From Squalus acanthias (lineage: Eukaryota), in the NCBI GenBank assembly GCA_030390025.1, contig CM059432.1, forward strand, positions 123,506,001 to 123,570,000: 64,000 nucleotides of DNA, in the 5' to 3' direction. Every line of letters begins with the position of its first letter. Position 1 is the first letter of the stretch. This document shows positions 38,531 through 51,446 of the stretch, in pieces. The notes under the pieces are model-generated. The model did not search any database. It was not told the origin of the DNA and saw nothing but the letters and a program-made list of their open reading frames with translations. Position numbers and translations under genes: made by a program.

Positions 38531-40273
38531 CCCATATTGTATGAAGGGTATTCTTATAACCTGGGATCGCTGGGACAAAAAGGAGATCCAGTAGGTGACT
38601 CATGCCCTAAAAGACATAAAAATAAGATTTCAAACAAGAGGTTTCCGAACCAAGCAGCAATCTGCCTACAGGAAAATGTAGCCATGCAATAAGGCACAGA
38701 CTATTGAAAAAAGAATAATTTTTGTTCCTTACCAAGCAGGTCTTCAATTAATCTAGAGCCAAAGATTTTATAAAATCGATAGCACAAGGTGCAAAAAGTG
38801 TTTTATACAAGGGCGTCTCTGAGCAAAACACTAACAACACACTTCTGTATCCTGCCCCATTAATTCTGCCACGTGCTGCAGACGTAAAGCACTGAACCAC
38901 TACATTACATGCAGTGACATTTATTTTATGTAATAAACCACAAAAAAGGTGGCTCAGAACCTGGACTAACAGAAGAAAACCACAGGAAAGTGAAGGAAGA
39001 AAATGATTAAAATGTTTCAGCATAAAGTAAGCCATTAAAATTAATTGCTCAGGAAAATCAGTACATATTGCGATCCTGTTTAATACTTTGAAATGGAACT
39101 TCAAAGAATGTAAATGAAGATATTCCAATAATGTCACAGTTCTGTCAGCAAGCCATTAGCAGATATGATGAATCACTTACAGCAGCAAGAACCAATGGAA
39201 ATCTGTCAACTCTGTTTAATTGAACCGGCATTTCAAATTAAAATGCTGGTGTTGAAAAATTGAAAATCAAAGAATAGGAAAAATTAAGCTCGAAGGAGCT
39301 TGCTTATTATGTAGATTAGATTCCAAAACTAAACGGTATTCAAAGTTAGACTGAATTTGCGTTTGAATAGTACCTGGGAAAAAATGTCATCTAAAACTGC
39401 GATCAAGTATTCTGAAGTGAGATTATTGACCAGTTTAACATCATTACATGCAGTGTCTGCTAATGGTAAGCAGTGCAGCAACCCCTAACACATTGTTACT
39501 GTCGCTGTAATTTGTATGCAAATTCTTACAGCATGTTAAAAGATGGTTTCGTTCTAATCTGTTCCTTCCATTCTTTTGATCTGGCATGTGCTGCCCATTT
39601 TGAGATGACAACAGACAACACGCTATCAAGGATTGTAATATAGGGAAAGCATTTTGTATGTGTAATCATATACACTGATAAAGTATGGGGTTAGAGACCA
39701 ACATTGGAGTCAGAACAAACTCATTAATATATGTGTCACTATATTTGACAAATCAAATTGAAGGGGTAACATTAAGAATGGAGGGGGGAAGACAATCTTT
39801 CGATAATACCTTAAAATGGCCAGACTAATGATACCAGTTACTATTTTGCAATATATTTGTTTATAGAATTAATAACACAAGAAAGTACAGCATAAGATCA
39901 GGCCATTTGGCCTACAAAGCCTTATACAAATTGCCCAAGAGGGATGAATGAGCACAGGTAAATACTCAAAGAAAATTTGTTCCTGACTCATCCAACATCC
40001 TCGAAAAGATAATTCAGCAAATTTCTAGGATATGAATCTAATTTGATAGTTATTTGTATTCAATCCTGACAAGCTGCATTCCAAAACTTCCAAAATCCAG
40101 CCACAAATAGATCCAACCAAAGTGATCTAGGACCTTAACACTTAACATTGTTATTGTTCATAATAAAATAATTATCTGTATTTTTTTGATACAATGAATA
40201 CTGAAAAGTGAGATTTAAGGCAGCACAAATCTTGGGCTTCAGGTAACACAGATGGAGTTCATTACAACTTATA

Positions 40274-42545
40274 GGCCGGCAAAAATTTGATACCGCTGGA
40301 AAACGGGCGCGGGCACCGCGATGCAAGATATACCCGCGCCTGTTCAAAAAGTGCAGCAACACGTCAACTTGGTGCTGCCTGCTAGTTATCATGATTGTAC
40401 CGCACAGCCTAGCGCTGAACGCCCTGCTGACAGGCTGTGCGCTCAGCAGGGAGCCGAAGTTCGCGTTGCTGGAGCAAGGCTGGCTTTACTTAAAGCTAGC
40501 CTGATCCTCTTAAAGGCTGGCTGCAGCCCTTAAAGCTGAGCTGCATTCTGCAGATAAAAAAAATTAAAATTGCTTCAACACTAGGCAGTCTACACCCATT
40601 AAAGGTGAGCTGCCTTCTGCAGCCCTTAAAGCTGTGCTGCCTTCTGCAGATAAAAAAAATAAAATTGCTTCAACACTGGGCAGTCTGCACCTATTAAAGG
40701 TGAGCTGCCTTCTGCTAATCTAAAATGCTAAAAGTGCTTCAGCTGTAACACAAATGGCTCAACAGGCCAGGGAAAGGGTACCCAGGGTCTCGGATGCAGC
40801 ACTCAAGGCCTTTGTGCAAGGTGTCAACACTGGAAGAGAGGTCCACTACCTACAGGGGGCCAGGAGGCACTCCAGAAAGAAGGCTGTGGGACCAGATCGC
40901 CGAGGTGGTCACTGCCAGCAGTGTTGCCCCCCAGGACCTGGCTCCAGTGCCCAAAGAAGATTCATGACCTCAGACCAGTGGTTAAGGTAAGTGAATGCAT
41001 CTTCAAAAGCCGTCTCCTACCAAATTCATCACTAGCCTCACACACTGCCCAATGCACGAACACCCCCTCCCCCCCCACCAATCACTCACCTACCAACAAT
41101 CTCTACCAAACACGAGGCACACCTCACATTCCTAACTTCACCCCGCCCCCTTGGAGCAGACGGTGTTGGCCATTCTTGGCAGGGGCATGGCTGAGCCCTT
41201 GGCCAGCAGCAGGGCTGAATGAATACAAGATGCCGGTATCCTCATACACTATCCTCCTTCTCACGTCCCACTTCCCCCTCATCCCACAAGCTGCACATGC
41301 TGTAAGAATGCACCTCTTGCTTTATCCCCCTCCCCTCACCACAAGCCTACTCTTGTACCTTCCTCATTTCTGACACCCAAGAGATCCAGCCTGCCCAGCC
41401 AGTGGTTGACCAAGAAGAGGGAGAGGAGAGTGAAGAAGAAGAAACGCCGTCACTCGATTTCACACTCCCAGCCACCAGCTCCTCGAGAGCGTCCTGCAAG
41501 GCCATCTGCAGTGCCCCCCCACTGAAAGTCAGCAACCTTCTACCAGCCATGCTGCAGCCACTGGGGTAACACTGCGTGACATCACTAGGATAGGCAAAGG
41601 CACACACAAGACAGTCACTAAGAGTATGCACAGGGTGATTAGTTGATTTTTTGGTGTAATATTGGATGCATATATGGATAAAGTTGAATTGGAAAGTTTG
41701 CTTTGTGGTGGCTTTTATTTCAGCATTGGGGCCAAGAGGACAATGTGATGCTCAGTAACAGAGGGAAGGTAAGATGTGGAACAAATGTTGAAAGGGGAAT
41801 TGGGGTTGTGGTCACTGGTACCGCAGGCGGATGATTCAATCCCAGATATCACGCCAGAAAGGGGCTGTCTGGGTTGCATCCTTCCTTCTGCTTTTTCCTC
41901 TTCTGCTTTTTTCCTCTTCTGCTTTTTCCTCTTCTGCTTCCTCCTCTTGCCTCTGTGAGCAGCTTGTCCGCTTTGCTGCCTCTGCTCCATCTCCATGTGA
42001 TGTTGCAGCCCAAGGGGGTCTGCAACTAGAGCCCCCAGGACTGGGAGCAAGTGGTGTTCTCAGAGGAACTTCCTTTAACATCCAAAGCCTTGCAAACATC
42101 CAGCAACACTCCCTGCACACTTTAACAACTTTTTAAATGTACTGCACCAAGCCACTACACCAATAAAATGTAAAGAAACCAGTCCACACGCTGAAATCTA
42201 AACTTACCTGAAAGATATGTGTGTCCCTTTAAGAAGCACTGGCAGTGTCTCTGTTGTACTGCTGCACGCACGTTCTTCCGTGTGTGGTTTGGAGAAGGCG
42301 TTATTAAGAGCGGCGACATCCTAAACCCCAGGTCGTGCGTCAATTCAGGCATTGCACACTGAGTGACATCACAATCCGGATCATTTAAATATGTGAAGCG
42401 AGCGCAGGCAACGACAGCACTGCCGACCTGCCCAAAATGGCGGCCACCCCGTTCCACGCCGAAAGTGGGCGGAAGCGAGGCACCCGCCATTTTTTCTTCC
42501 AAACCGGCCTTAACGGCCGGCACTAACGGCTTCAATTTCCTGGCC
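40274..42545 (+). mobile_element. Non-autonomous PIF/Harbinger element, family A, with 3-bp TSD
   Basis: GGCC termini flanked by ata/ata; Myb/SANT remnant MAQQARERVPRVSDAAL..RTWLQCPKKIHDL (40754-40987); convergent transposase C-terminus remnant (acidic linker, then ..DIWD*IIRLRYQ*) at ~41812-42040; ~96-bp tandem duplication 40522-40713. Confidence 0.8.
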
Positions 42546-42570
42546 ATAATTTGGAGTCTTCAGTGTGTAA

Positions 42571-44122
42571 GGCCGCAAATTTAATTCTGGAGGTGGGATG
42601 GGGGCGGGCCAGCTGGTTTCCGGGTTCCAGTCCTGCCCCCAGCTGCCTCCGCTCTGCAGACGTGATTTTCCCTTGATTGGCCTTGATAAGCCCGCCCTGC
42701 AAGCTTACTGGCCAATTAACAGGAAGCGGGTCTGATGACGTCATTTGATGACGCCTCATCTGCCGGTTTCCTTAAAGGGACCATGCACAATTTTATTTTG
42801 ACAGTTGATCTGTCAGTGTTCTACAGCATTGAGGTGCTGTAAACACTGACAATCACTGCACAAAGGTGAACACTTGCACCAATGACTGCCTCCATATGCA
42901 GGGAGGTTCTCTTCCCATCCAAGGGCGGAAGAGACCTTCCCAGGACACCCACTTACCTTGAACCTCCACCCAACCCTCTCTATCTACTTGATCACTTCCC
43001 CATCTCACTAGCCACTCCTCACACTCACCCTCATCCTACTGCAAGCATACCAACTAACAACACACAAGGGTAGGCACTTGAGAGGTTTAGCCAATGTTCA
43101 TGTGAAGTTTCTAGTAATGTGCTGTCAAACATTGAAATCTTTATTTTCAACACTTTGCGTTCTAGGACAGATTTGTGTGCACCTTTGGAACTGGTTTAGT
43201 GAGTTGCAGTGAATGGTGAGACATAACAGTACCTCCCGCAATGGTGACGAGTGTGAAAGGAATGGCTTGGACATTGTAGGGATGCTTTATGGTGTTGGTG
43301 TTGGGTGGTGCCAACCTGGCACATCATGTGGCAGCCAGGGTGTACAGCATCAAGTGAAGTAAATTTGGCCATGGTGAGGCCATCGCTGGCGTCCCGGGCA
43401 GCAATATGGTCGGGTGCTGATGCCCTGTGTCCTGTGCAGCATCAGGTGATTGCGGAGAAGGTTGGTGTTGTTGTTATTGTTGGTGCTGCTGGTGTGCCTG
43501 GTGCTACTGATGTTGGGGCTGATCGTGCTGGGATTCTGAGGACCAAGGTGAGATTTCTTCAAGAGCACCGATGCTGCTGGAACAGATGGCAGGTGAGGTT
43601 GAGATGACAGAAGCGATCTGTCAATAGTGAGAGAGCTTGCTCCAAGGAGGTGACACTGGATAGAGAGTTTACTCCAAACACTTCCAAACTGCATACAGCT
43701 CAAAAGTGTCTTCCAAATCCTGAAGGCTCAAGCTTCTGACATTGGGAAGTGAACAGCTGTGAAATGGTAGCTTTTATACCACTTTTGCAGCTTTCACCTA
43801 TTCACAGCAATGAAGAGTCATAGAGAACTCGACACATTTACCTGATGTGATTCCTGAGCGACGGGAACCTCATGGAAATGTTAGAAAAATGGCTGGAAGG
43901 TGGTAAAATGTTGTTCAACTACCTTTAAAGACCCTCTTAACTATCTCAATTGGCTGACCCGCTGCTTAGTGCTGGGTCTGCAAAGCGCAGGCAGACCCCG
44001 CACTTGGGAAACTGACACGGAGGCGGGTTCAGAGCGAGATCCCGACCCGCTGTCAATCTTTTAGATTTTGACAGCGGACCCGCCTCCGAACCCGCCCTCT
44101 GAGCGCCGGCAAAATTCCAGCC
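42571..44122 (+). mobile_element. Non-autonomous Harbinger element, family B
   Basis: Homologous in inverted orientation to 61194-63294; right TIR aaaattccagcc; Myb remnant REVLFPSKGG; transposase tail HIAARDASDGLTMAKF on the minus strand. Confidence 0.75.
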
Positions 44123-44380
44123 TCTGTTCCTCCAACTCTAGCCTTTTTTGTAGCCCACTCTGTCTTTGTCCCTCTACAGCCCTCTCTGCCTGAGCACCTC
44201 CAACTTCTTCCTTCCCTTTAAGACCCTCCTTAAAGCCCACCACTTTGACCAAGCTTTTCATACTCTCCTAATATCCCCTTCTTTGGCTTGGTATCCATTT
44301 ATTGCTGATTATGCCTATGACAAATGCTTTGGAACGTTTTTCTACGTTAAGAGCGCTAAATAAGGCACAAGTTGTTGTTA
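44123..44380 (+). mobile_element. L2 3' tail
   Basis: FKTLLKAHHFDQAF followed by aagttgttgtt tail. Confidence 0.75.
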
Positions 44381-44534
44381 AATGATCGTAAACTCACGCA
44401 CTGTATATGCCAGGATTTCAACTATGCGGTGATGATGGGGGAGACTCCACACCAATTAAGCAAAGTCATAAAATACCCCATATAAGCAAGTCTTTAATAC
44501 TTTCTACACAAGAATCTTTAATGTAAACTATGAT

Positions 44535-45720
44535 AACAACAACAACTTGCATTTATATAGCGCTTTTAACGTAGTGAAATATCCCAAGGCGCTTCACAGG
44601 AGCGTTAACAAACAAAATTTGATATTGAGCCACATAAGGAGATATTATGGCAGATGACCAAAAGCTTGGTCAAAGAGGTAGGTTTTAAGGAGCGTCTTAA
44701 AGGAAGTAGAGAGGCGGAGAGGTTTAGGGAGGGAATTCCAGAGCTTAAGGCCGTGGCAGCTGAAGGCACGGCCACCAATGGTGGAGCAATTAAAATCAGG
44801 GATGCTCAAGAGGCCAGAATTAGAGGAGCGCAGATATCTTGGGGGGTTGTGGGGCTGGAGGAGATTACAGAGATAGGGAGGGGCGAGGCCATGGAGGGAT
44901 TTGAAAACAAAGATGCAAATTTTTTAATTGAGCCGTTGCTTAACCAGGAGCCAATGTAGAGCACAGGGGTAATGGGTGAACGGGACTTGGTGTGAGTTAG
45001 GACACAGGCAGCTGAGTTTTGGATGACCTCAAGTGTATGTAGGGTAAAATGTGGGAGGCCGGCCAGGAGTGCATTGGAATAGTCAAGTCTAGAGGTAACA
45101 AAGGCATGGATGAGGGTTTCAGCAGCAGATGAGCTGAGGCAAGGGCGGAGACGGTGATGTTACGGAGGTGGAAATAGGCGGTCTTAGATATGCCACGGAT
45201 ATGTGGTCAGAAGCTCATTTCAGGGTCAAATATAACAGCAAGGTTGCGAACAGTCTGGTTCAGCCGCAGACAGATGCCAGGGAGAGGGATGGAGTCGGTG
45301 ACTAGGGAACGGAGTTTGTGGCAGGGACCAAAGGCAATGGCTTCGGTCTTCCCAATATTTAGTTGCAGGAAATTTCTGCTCATCCAGTACTTGATGTCGG
45401 ACAAGCAGTCTGACAATTTAGAGACAGTGGAGGGGTCGCGAGAAGTGGTGCTGAGGTAGAGCTGGGTGTCATCAGCATACATGTGGAAACTGATGCTTTG
45501 TTTTCAGATAATGTCACCGAGGGGCAGCATGTAGATGTTCAGACATCTAGATATTAGGACAGGGAACCAAAAGCTTGGCCAAAAAGGTAGGTTTTAAGGA
45601 GCATCTTAAAGGAGGAGAGCGAGGTAGGGAGACATAGAGGTTTAGGGAGGGAATTCCAGAGCTTAGGTCCTAGGCAGCTGAAGCCTATTGTGGTGCGATG
45701 GAAGTCAGGGATGCACAAGA
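44535..45720 (-). mobile_element. L2 LINE 3' ~1 kb plus a second short L2 piece
   Basis: MYADDTQLYLS...WMSRNFLQLNIGKTE; (CAA)n tail at 44535. Confidence 0.9.
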
Positions 45721-46221
45721 GAAACTATAGTATATGATGGTGACTACGGTCAGGTTAAATTCAAACGGATAAATTTTGCAAGGTCCTGTGCCAGCGATGC
45801 TCCCCTGCTGGAAGACATAATAAAAAGCACGTGCTTTGCTGTGGCAAATTAACACGGTTCAAACCCTCAGATCACAAGAACATTTGAGGATTACATTTCA
45901 ACACCCTCTCCAAAAATAATGAGGTGGGGAAATATTCCCCCATTTTTACTTATTCTGTTTGAGGTATCTTTTGTATCCTGTTTTTTAATATCTAGCATAT
46001 ATCTGTTACAGGAAGCCAAACCTTATAACAAACTCGTGGACCACAAGGGGTTTTGGTAATCTTAATGAATGTATTAGCTCCTCCCCTAATGCATCATGAC
46101 TGGGGAGCTTGGAATAACGGAGTATGTAAAAGTGAAGTTCCAACATTTTATGCTAGAAATTATGCATTTGTTAAAAAGATTTTTTTTTTAAATTCTTCAT
46201 TCTGGATCTTCTCCCAAAAAC

Positions 46222-46515
46222 AAGAAGCTGACCCCATGTCTACAGATGATAACGGCAAGGGAGTGCATGATGAGGAAGAGGAGGGGGCCAAGGATCGATC
46301 CTTCGGGGACTCCAGAGGTAACGGTGCAGGGGCAGGATGAGAAGCCATTGTCGGAGATGATCTGGCTATGATTGGATAGGTCAGAGTCGAACCCAGCAAG
46401 GGCAGTTCCGCCAAGCTGCACAACAGAAAAGAGGCATTGGAGGAGGGTGCGGTGATCGACTGTGTCAAAGGTTGCAGAGAGGTCAAGGAGGAGGGACAAT
46501 GAACCGCAGTCACAA
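46222..46515 (-). mobile_element. L2 RT fragment
   Basis: LLLDLSATFDTVDH...GVPEGSILGPLLF. Confidence 0.85.
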
Positions 46516-46816
46516 CAAACCATTTAAACTTGCTGTTATATATAAAGTTAAACCTGATACTGGGTGATTCATATTAGTTTAGGGACACTAATAGGACAGG
46601 ACTGACAATATTATTAAACTCCGTTTTTATTTTTCTCCTCCTCACGCTCCCCAATCGCCGTTCACTAAAATTACAGACAAGAGATATGCCCTTAGACCTC
46701 TGAAATGCTGCACTGTATTAGGCCACTGTCCCACAGTGTTGGATACAGCTTCTGCTTAGCACCTTCAAATGTTCTTGTGATCTGAGGGTTTGAACCATGT
46801 TAATTTGCCACAGTGT

Positions 46817-47275
46817 TAGCTGTGGCTCAGTGGGTAGCACTCTCACCTCTGAGTTGAGGAGGTTGTGGGTTCAAGTCCCACTCCAGAGACTTGCACACAA
46901 AAATCTAGGCTGACACTCCAGTGCAGTGCTGAGGGAGTGCTGCACTGTCGGAGGTGCCGTCTTTCAGATGAGACGTTAAACTGAGGCCCCGTTTGCTCTC
47001 TCAGGGACGTAAAAGATCCCACGGCACTATTTTGAAGAAGAGTAGGGGAGTTCTCCCCGGTGTCCTGGCCAATATTTATCCCTCAACCAACATAACAAAA
47101 ACATTATCTGGTAACTATTGCATTGCTGTTTGTGGGAGCTTACTGTGTGTAAATTGGCTGCCATGTTTCCCACATTACAACAGTGACTACATTTCAAAAG
47201 TACTTAATTGGCTGCAAAGCGCTTTGAGACGTCCGGTGGTCGTGAAAGGTGCTATATAAATGCAAATCTTTCTTA
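46817..47275 (+). mobile_element. Full-length tRNA-derived Deu-type SINE (SacSINE1-like) with L2-derived tail
   Basis: A box gtggctcagtgg, B box gggttcaagtccc; 3' gctatataaatgcaa shared with the local L2. Confidence 0.85.
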
Positions 47276-48249
47276 CTTCTCTGATAGCACAGCTGAGATG
47301 AGGAAAGGGCTGTAGGGGGAAATCATAAAGCACATACATTTAACTGTGTTTGCATAACTGGAATATTTGGGTAAAAGGGAAGATTTTGGTGAAGCACCAT
47401 GTATCAGTGCCAGTCTCTCTAAGAATCAATGTCAAATAAGGACTCAGAAACCTAGTCATCAATTACACGGCTTGACCTTTCGACAGGTGTTGTTGATGCT
47501 TCACCATCCAATGAGTATCACACGGACTCTGTTTCTGACTTATATTGTGTCGCTGATCTAAGGGTACTGCAAACCAAATTGCATTCTTGTAAAGACTGCA
47601 ACACCCTACAACTTTGATCCAGAGTATACTGTAGGAAGCAGGTCATTTTCATTGGTCTAAACTATTGCAAGAATGAGCTGATCGAACAAGCTGATCGAAC
47701 AAATGACGTGGCTTTATTATAGGACCTGAGCACCACCACCTCTTGCGGTTGTGCCACAATGGGGCACATGAGCAATTAAAAAAAAGCGACTAAGATTTTG
47801 TAATAAAAACAGGCGTGGGCAGCCTAATCAATATGCGACTTGGCCAAAAACAGGCTGCGGCACAGGTAACAAGCATTTCAATGATGTTAAGGTCTCATGC
47901 AAAGACAGGATAACTGTTCCCCCAGGTAACGTGACCAGTACAAACATTGCAAACCTTGAAAGATGAGCAAGAACAGGAAAGTACATGTCAGAACAGGGAA
48001 TCAAATTAACAGTGAGTGACTTTTCTAAAAATTCGGATATCGCAGCAATGAAAGCAGTCAGATTTTTGAAGAAATCGGTCTCTAATAAATCCAATCGGGA
48101 ATTCGGGAGAAACTTCTTTACCCAGAGACTGGTTAGAATGTGGAACTCACTACCACATGGAATTGCTAGAATTTGGGGTGTTTCCTGGATTTGGGACAGT
48201 CCCTGGATTTCAAGAGATAACGACCTGCATTTATATACCCATTTTTTTG

Positions 48250-48884
48250 TTTTATTCATTCATGGAATGTGGGCGTCACTGGCAAGGCCAGCATTTATTG
48301 CCCATCCCTAATTGCCCTTGAGAAGGTGGTGGTGAGCTGCCTTCTTGAACCGCTGCAGTCCGTGTGGTGAAGTGCTCCCACAGTGCTGTTAGGGAGGGAG
48401 TTCCAGGATTTTGACCCAGCGACAGCGAAGGAACGGCGATATACTTCTAAGTCAGGATGGTGTGTGACTTGGAGGGGAACTTGGAGGTGGTGGTGTTCCC
48501 ATGCGCCTGCTGCCCTTGTCCTTCTAGGTGGAAGAGGTCGCGGGTTTGGGAGGTGCTGCTGAAGAAGCCTTGGCGAGTTGCTGCAGTGCATCTTGTAGAT
48601 GGTACACACTGCAGCCACGGTACGCCAGTGGTGGAGGGAGTGAATGTTTAAGGTGGTGGATGGGGTGCCAATCAAGCGGGCTGCTTTGTCCTGGATGGTG
48701 TCGAGCTTCTTGAGTGTTGTTGGAGCTGCACTCATCCAGGCAAGTGGAGAGTATTCCATCACACTCCTTACTTGTGTCTTGTAGATGGTGGAAAGGCTTT
48801 GGGGAGTCAGGAGGTGGTGGAGAGAGTGAATGTTTAAGGTGGTGAATGGGCTGCCAATCAAGTGGGCTGCTTTGTCCTGGATGA
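48250..48884 (-). mobile_element. CR1-group LINE 3' end with internal duplication
   Basis: ORF 48295-48861; ~48812-48884 repeats ~48628-48700. Confidence 0.9.
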
Positions 48885-48889
48885 TTTAA

Positions 48890-49935
48890 CATAGAAAAAC
48901 AGCCCAAAGGGTCAGAGGTGCAAGACATCAAATGAAACACTGAGCCAAAGAAGGAAGGATTAGTTGGGGTGATCGAAAGCTTGGTCAAAGAGGAGGGTTT
49001 TAAAGCTGCTTTTTTTATTCCACCAATGCTCCATGTGGCACAACAGCAAGACGTGGTGGTACTTAGAGAGAAATAGAGGGAGATGGAGAGGTTTTGGGAG
49101 AGAATTCTAGGGATGGCTAAAAGTATGGCTGTCTAAGGGGAGGAGGTGGGGGTTGTACGAGAGGCCAGAGTCAGAGGGATGGAGAGTTTGGATTGGGGAC
49201 AGGGGGATGGGGGGGATTGTAGGGCTGAAGGAGATTACAGAGGTATGGAGGGGTAAGGCCATGGAGGGATTTAAACACAAGGATCAGAATTTTAAATTTG
49301 AGTCATTGGAGGACTGAGAGCCAAATGTAGGCCACCAAGGACAGGGGTTATGAGTGAGCAGGACTTGGTATGGCACATGATATGGGCAACCGAGATTTGA
49401 ATGTTGAAATTTATAGAAGTTGGAGGATTGTAGGTCAGCCAGGAGAGCACAGTAGTAATCGACTCTGAAGATGACAAAGGCATATATAAAGGTTTCAGTA
49501 GTAGCTGAACTGAGGTAAGGATGGAGGTGGAAGATGTTATAGAGGTAAGTAGGCAGTCTTTGTGATGGAGTGGATATGGGATCGGAAATTTAGCCTGAGG
49601 TCAAATAGGACGCCAGGGTTGTAAACAGTCTGTTTCAGCCTGAGACAGTAGCCAGAGAGGGGGATGGAGTCAATGGGAAGAGTACAAAGTTTTGGCAGGG
49701 GCCGAGGATGATAACTTCGGTCTTCCCAAGATTTAACTGGAGGAAATTGCGATTCCAGAGACAGACAAGTAGTCTGACAGCACAGAAGCAGTGGAGGGCT
49801 CAAGATAGATGGTGGAGAAGTAGAGCTGGGGGTCATCAGTGTACATGTGGAAGTGGACACCATGATTGTGGATAATGTCACTAAGAGGCAGCATGCAGAT
49901 AAGGAAGAAGAGGGGGTCAAGGATATATCCTAGGG
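48890..49935 (-). mobile_element. Degenerate L2 LINE
   Basis: ITPVLGGLH.., HMYTDDPQLY; similar to 44535-45538. Confidence 0.8.
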
Positions 49936-50039
49936 GGATTCTCAGGGGTGGGAAGAAAACATTAGGGGAGACAGTTATTGAGCAGGTTTGGGTCGGTCAA
50001 ACAAATTGTATAATTCTGTCAAATAAATGGCAAAAAGCA

Positions 50040-51446
50040 GAATTGTTTGACAAATTTGCTGGAGTTCTTTGAGGAAGTAACATATAGAGTGGATAAAGGG
50101 GAACCAGTGGACGTAGTGTATTTAGACTTCCAAAAGGCATTTGACAAGGTGCCACACAAAAGATTATTGCTTAAGGTAAAAAATCACAGGATTGGGGGTA
50201 ATATTCTGGCATGGATAGAGGATTGGCTATCTAACAGAAAGCAAAGAGTTGGGATAAATGGTTCATTCTCAGACTGGCAATCAGTAACTAGTGGTGTTCC
50301 ACAGGGGTCAGTGCTGGGTCCCCAACTCTTTACAATCTATATTAACGATTTGGAGGAAGGGACCAAGTGTAACATATCAAAATTTGCAGATGATACAAAG
50401 ATGGGAGGGAAAGTAGTGAGTGAGGAGGACATAAAAAACCTGCAAGGGGACATAGACAGGCTAAGTAAGTGGGCAGAGATTTGGCAGATGGAATACAACA
50501 CTGGAAAGTGTGAGGTGATGCACTTTGGCAGGAAAAATCCTAGAGCAATTTATTATCTTAATGGCAAGAAACTGGAGAGTACTGAAGTGCAAAGGGATCT
50601 GGGGGTCCTGGTGCACGAAACTCAAAAGGTTAGTATGCAGGTGCAGCAAGTGATTAAGAAGGCAAATGGCTTTCATTGCTAGGGGGATAGAATATAAAAA
50701 TAGGGAGGTATTGCTTCAGTTGTACAAGGTATTGGTGAGACCGCACCTGGAATACTGCATACAGTTTTGGTGTCCTTACTTAAGGAAAGACATCCTTGCT
50801 CTCGAGGCAGTGCAAAAAAGGTTCACTCGGTTAATCCCGGGGATGAGGGGGTGGTCATATGAGGAGAGGTTGGGTAGATTGGGACTCTACTCATTGGAGT
50901 TCAGAAGAATGAGAGGCGATCTTATTGAAACATATAAGATTGTGAAGGGGTTGGATCAGGTGGATGCGGGGAGGATGTTCCCGATGACGGGTGAGACTAG
51001 AACTAGGGGACATAGTCTTAGAATAAGGGGCTGCTCTTTCAAAACTGAGATGAGGAGGAACTACTTCACTCAGAGGGTGGTAGGTCCATGGAATATGCTG
51101 CCACAAAAAGCTGTAGAAGCTACATCATTAAATAAATTTAAAACAGAAATAGACAGTTTCCTAGAAGTAAAGGGCATTAAGGGTTACGGGGAGCGGGCAG
51201 GAATTTGGACATGAGTCTAGGTTCGGATCGGTCATGGCCCTGTGGGTAGTGGAGCGGGCCCAGGGACTGTGTAGCCTGATTCTGCTCCTATTTCGTGTGT
51301 CCAATTCTGTTAGATGCAGGAGATGGTTCTGTGATAGATAGTAGATTGGCGGTTAGGATCAGATCAGCCATGATCTTATTGAATGGCGGAGCAGGCTCGA
51401 GGGGCCGATTGGCCTACTCCTGCTCCTATTTCTTATGTTCTTATGT
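50040..51446 (+). mobile_element. Young 5'-truncated CR1 (RT with one frameshift)
   Basis: ORFs 50047-50682 and 50666-51214: VYLDFQKAFDKVPH, GVPQGSVLGP, FADD; tail ttcttatgttcttatgtt. Confidence 0.93.

Noticed and set aside
37478..39137. Short ORFs of 82-129 aa in unique DNA
   Set aside because: No domain similarity or consistent exon structure that I can support.
40522..40713. Spaced repeats as a CRISPR-like array
   Set aside because: A simple two-unit tandem duplication inside a transposon; no unique spacers, and the context is eukaryotic.
46817..46890. tRNA-like A and B boxes (also at 6592, 13220 and 52370)
   Set aside because: These are SINE heads continuous with SINE bodies, not tRNA genes.
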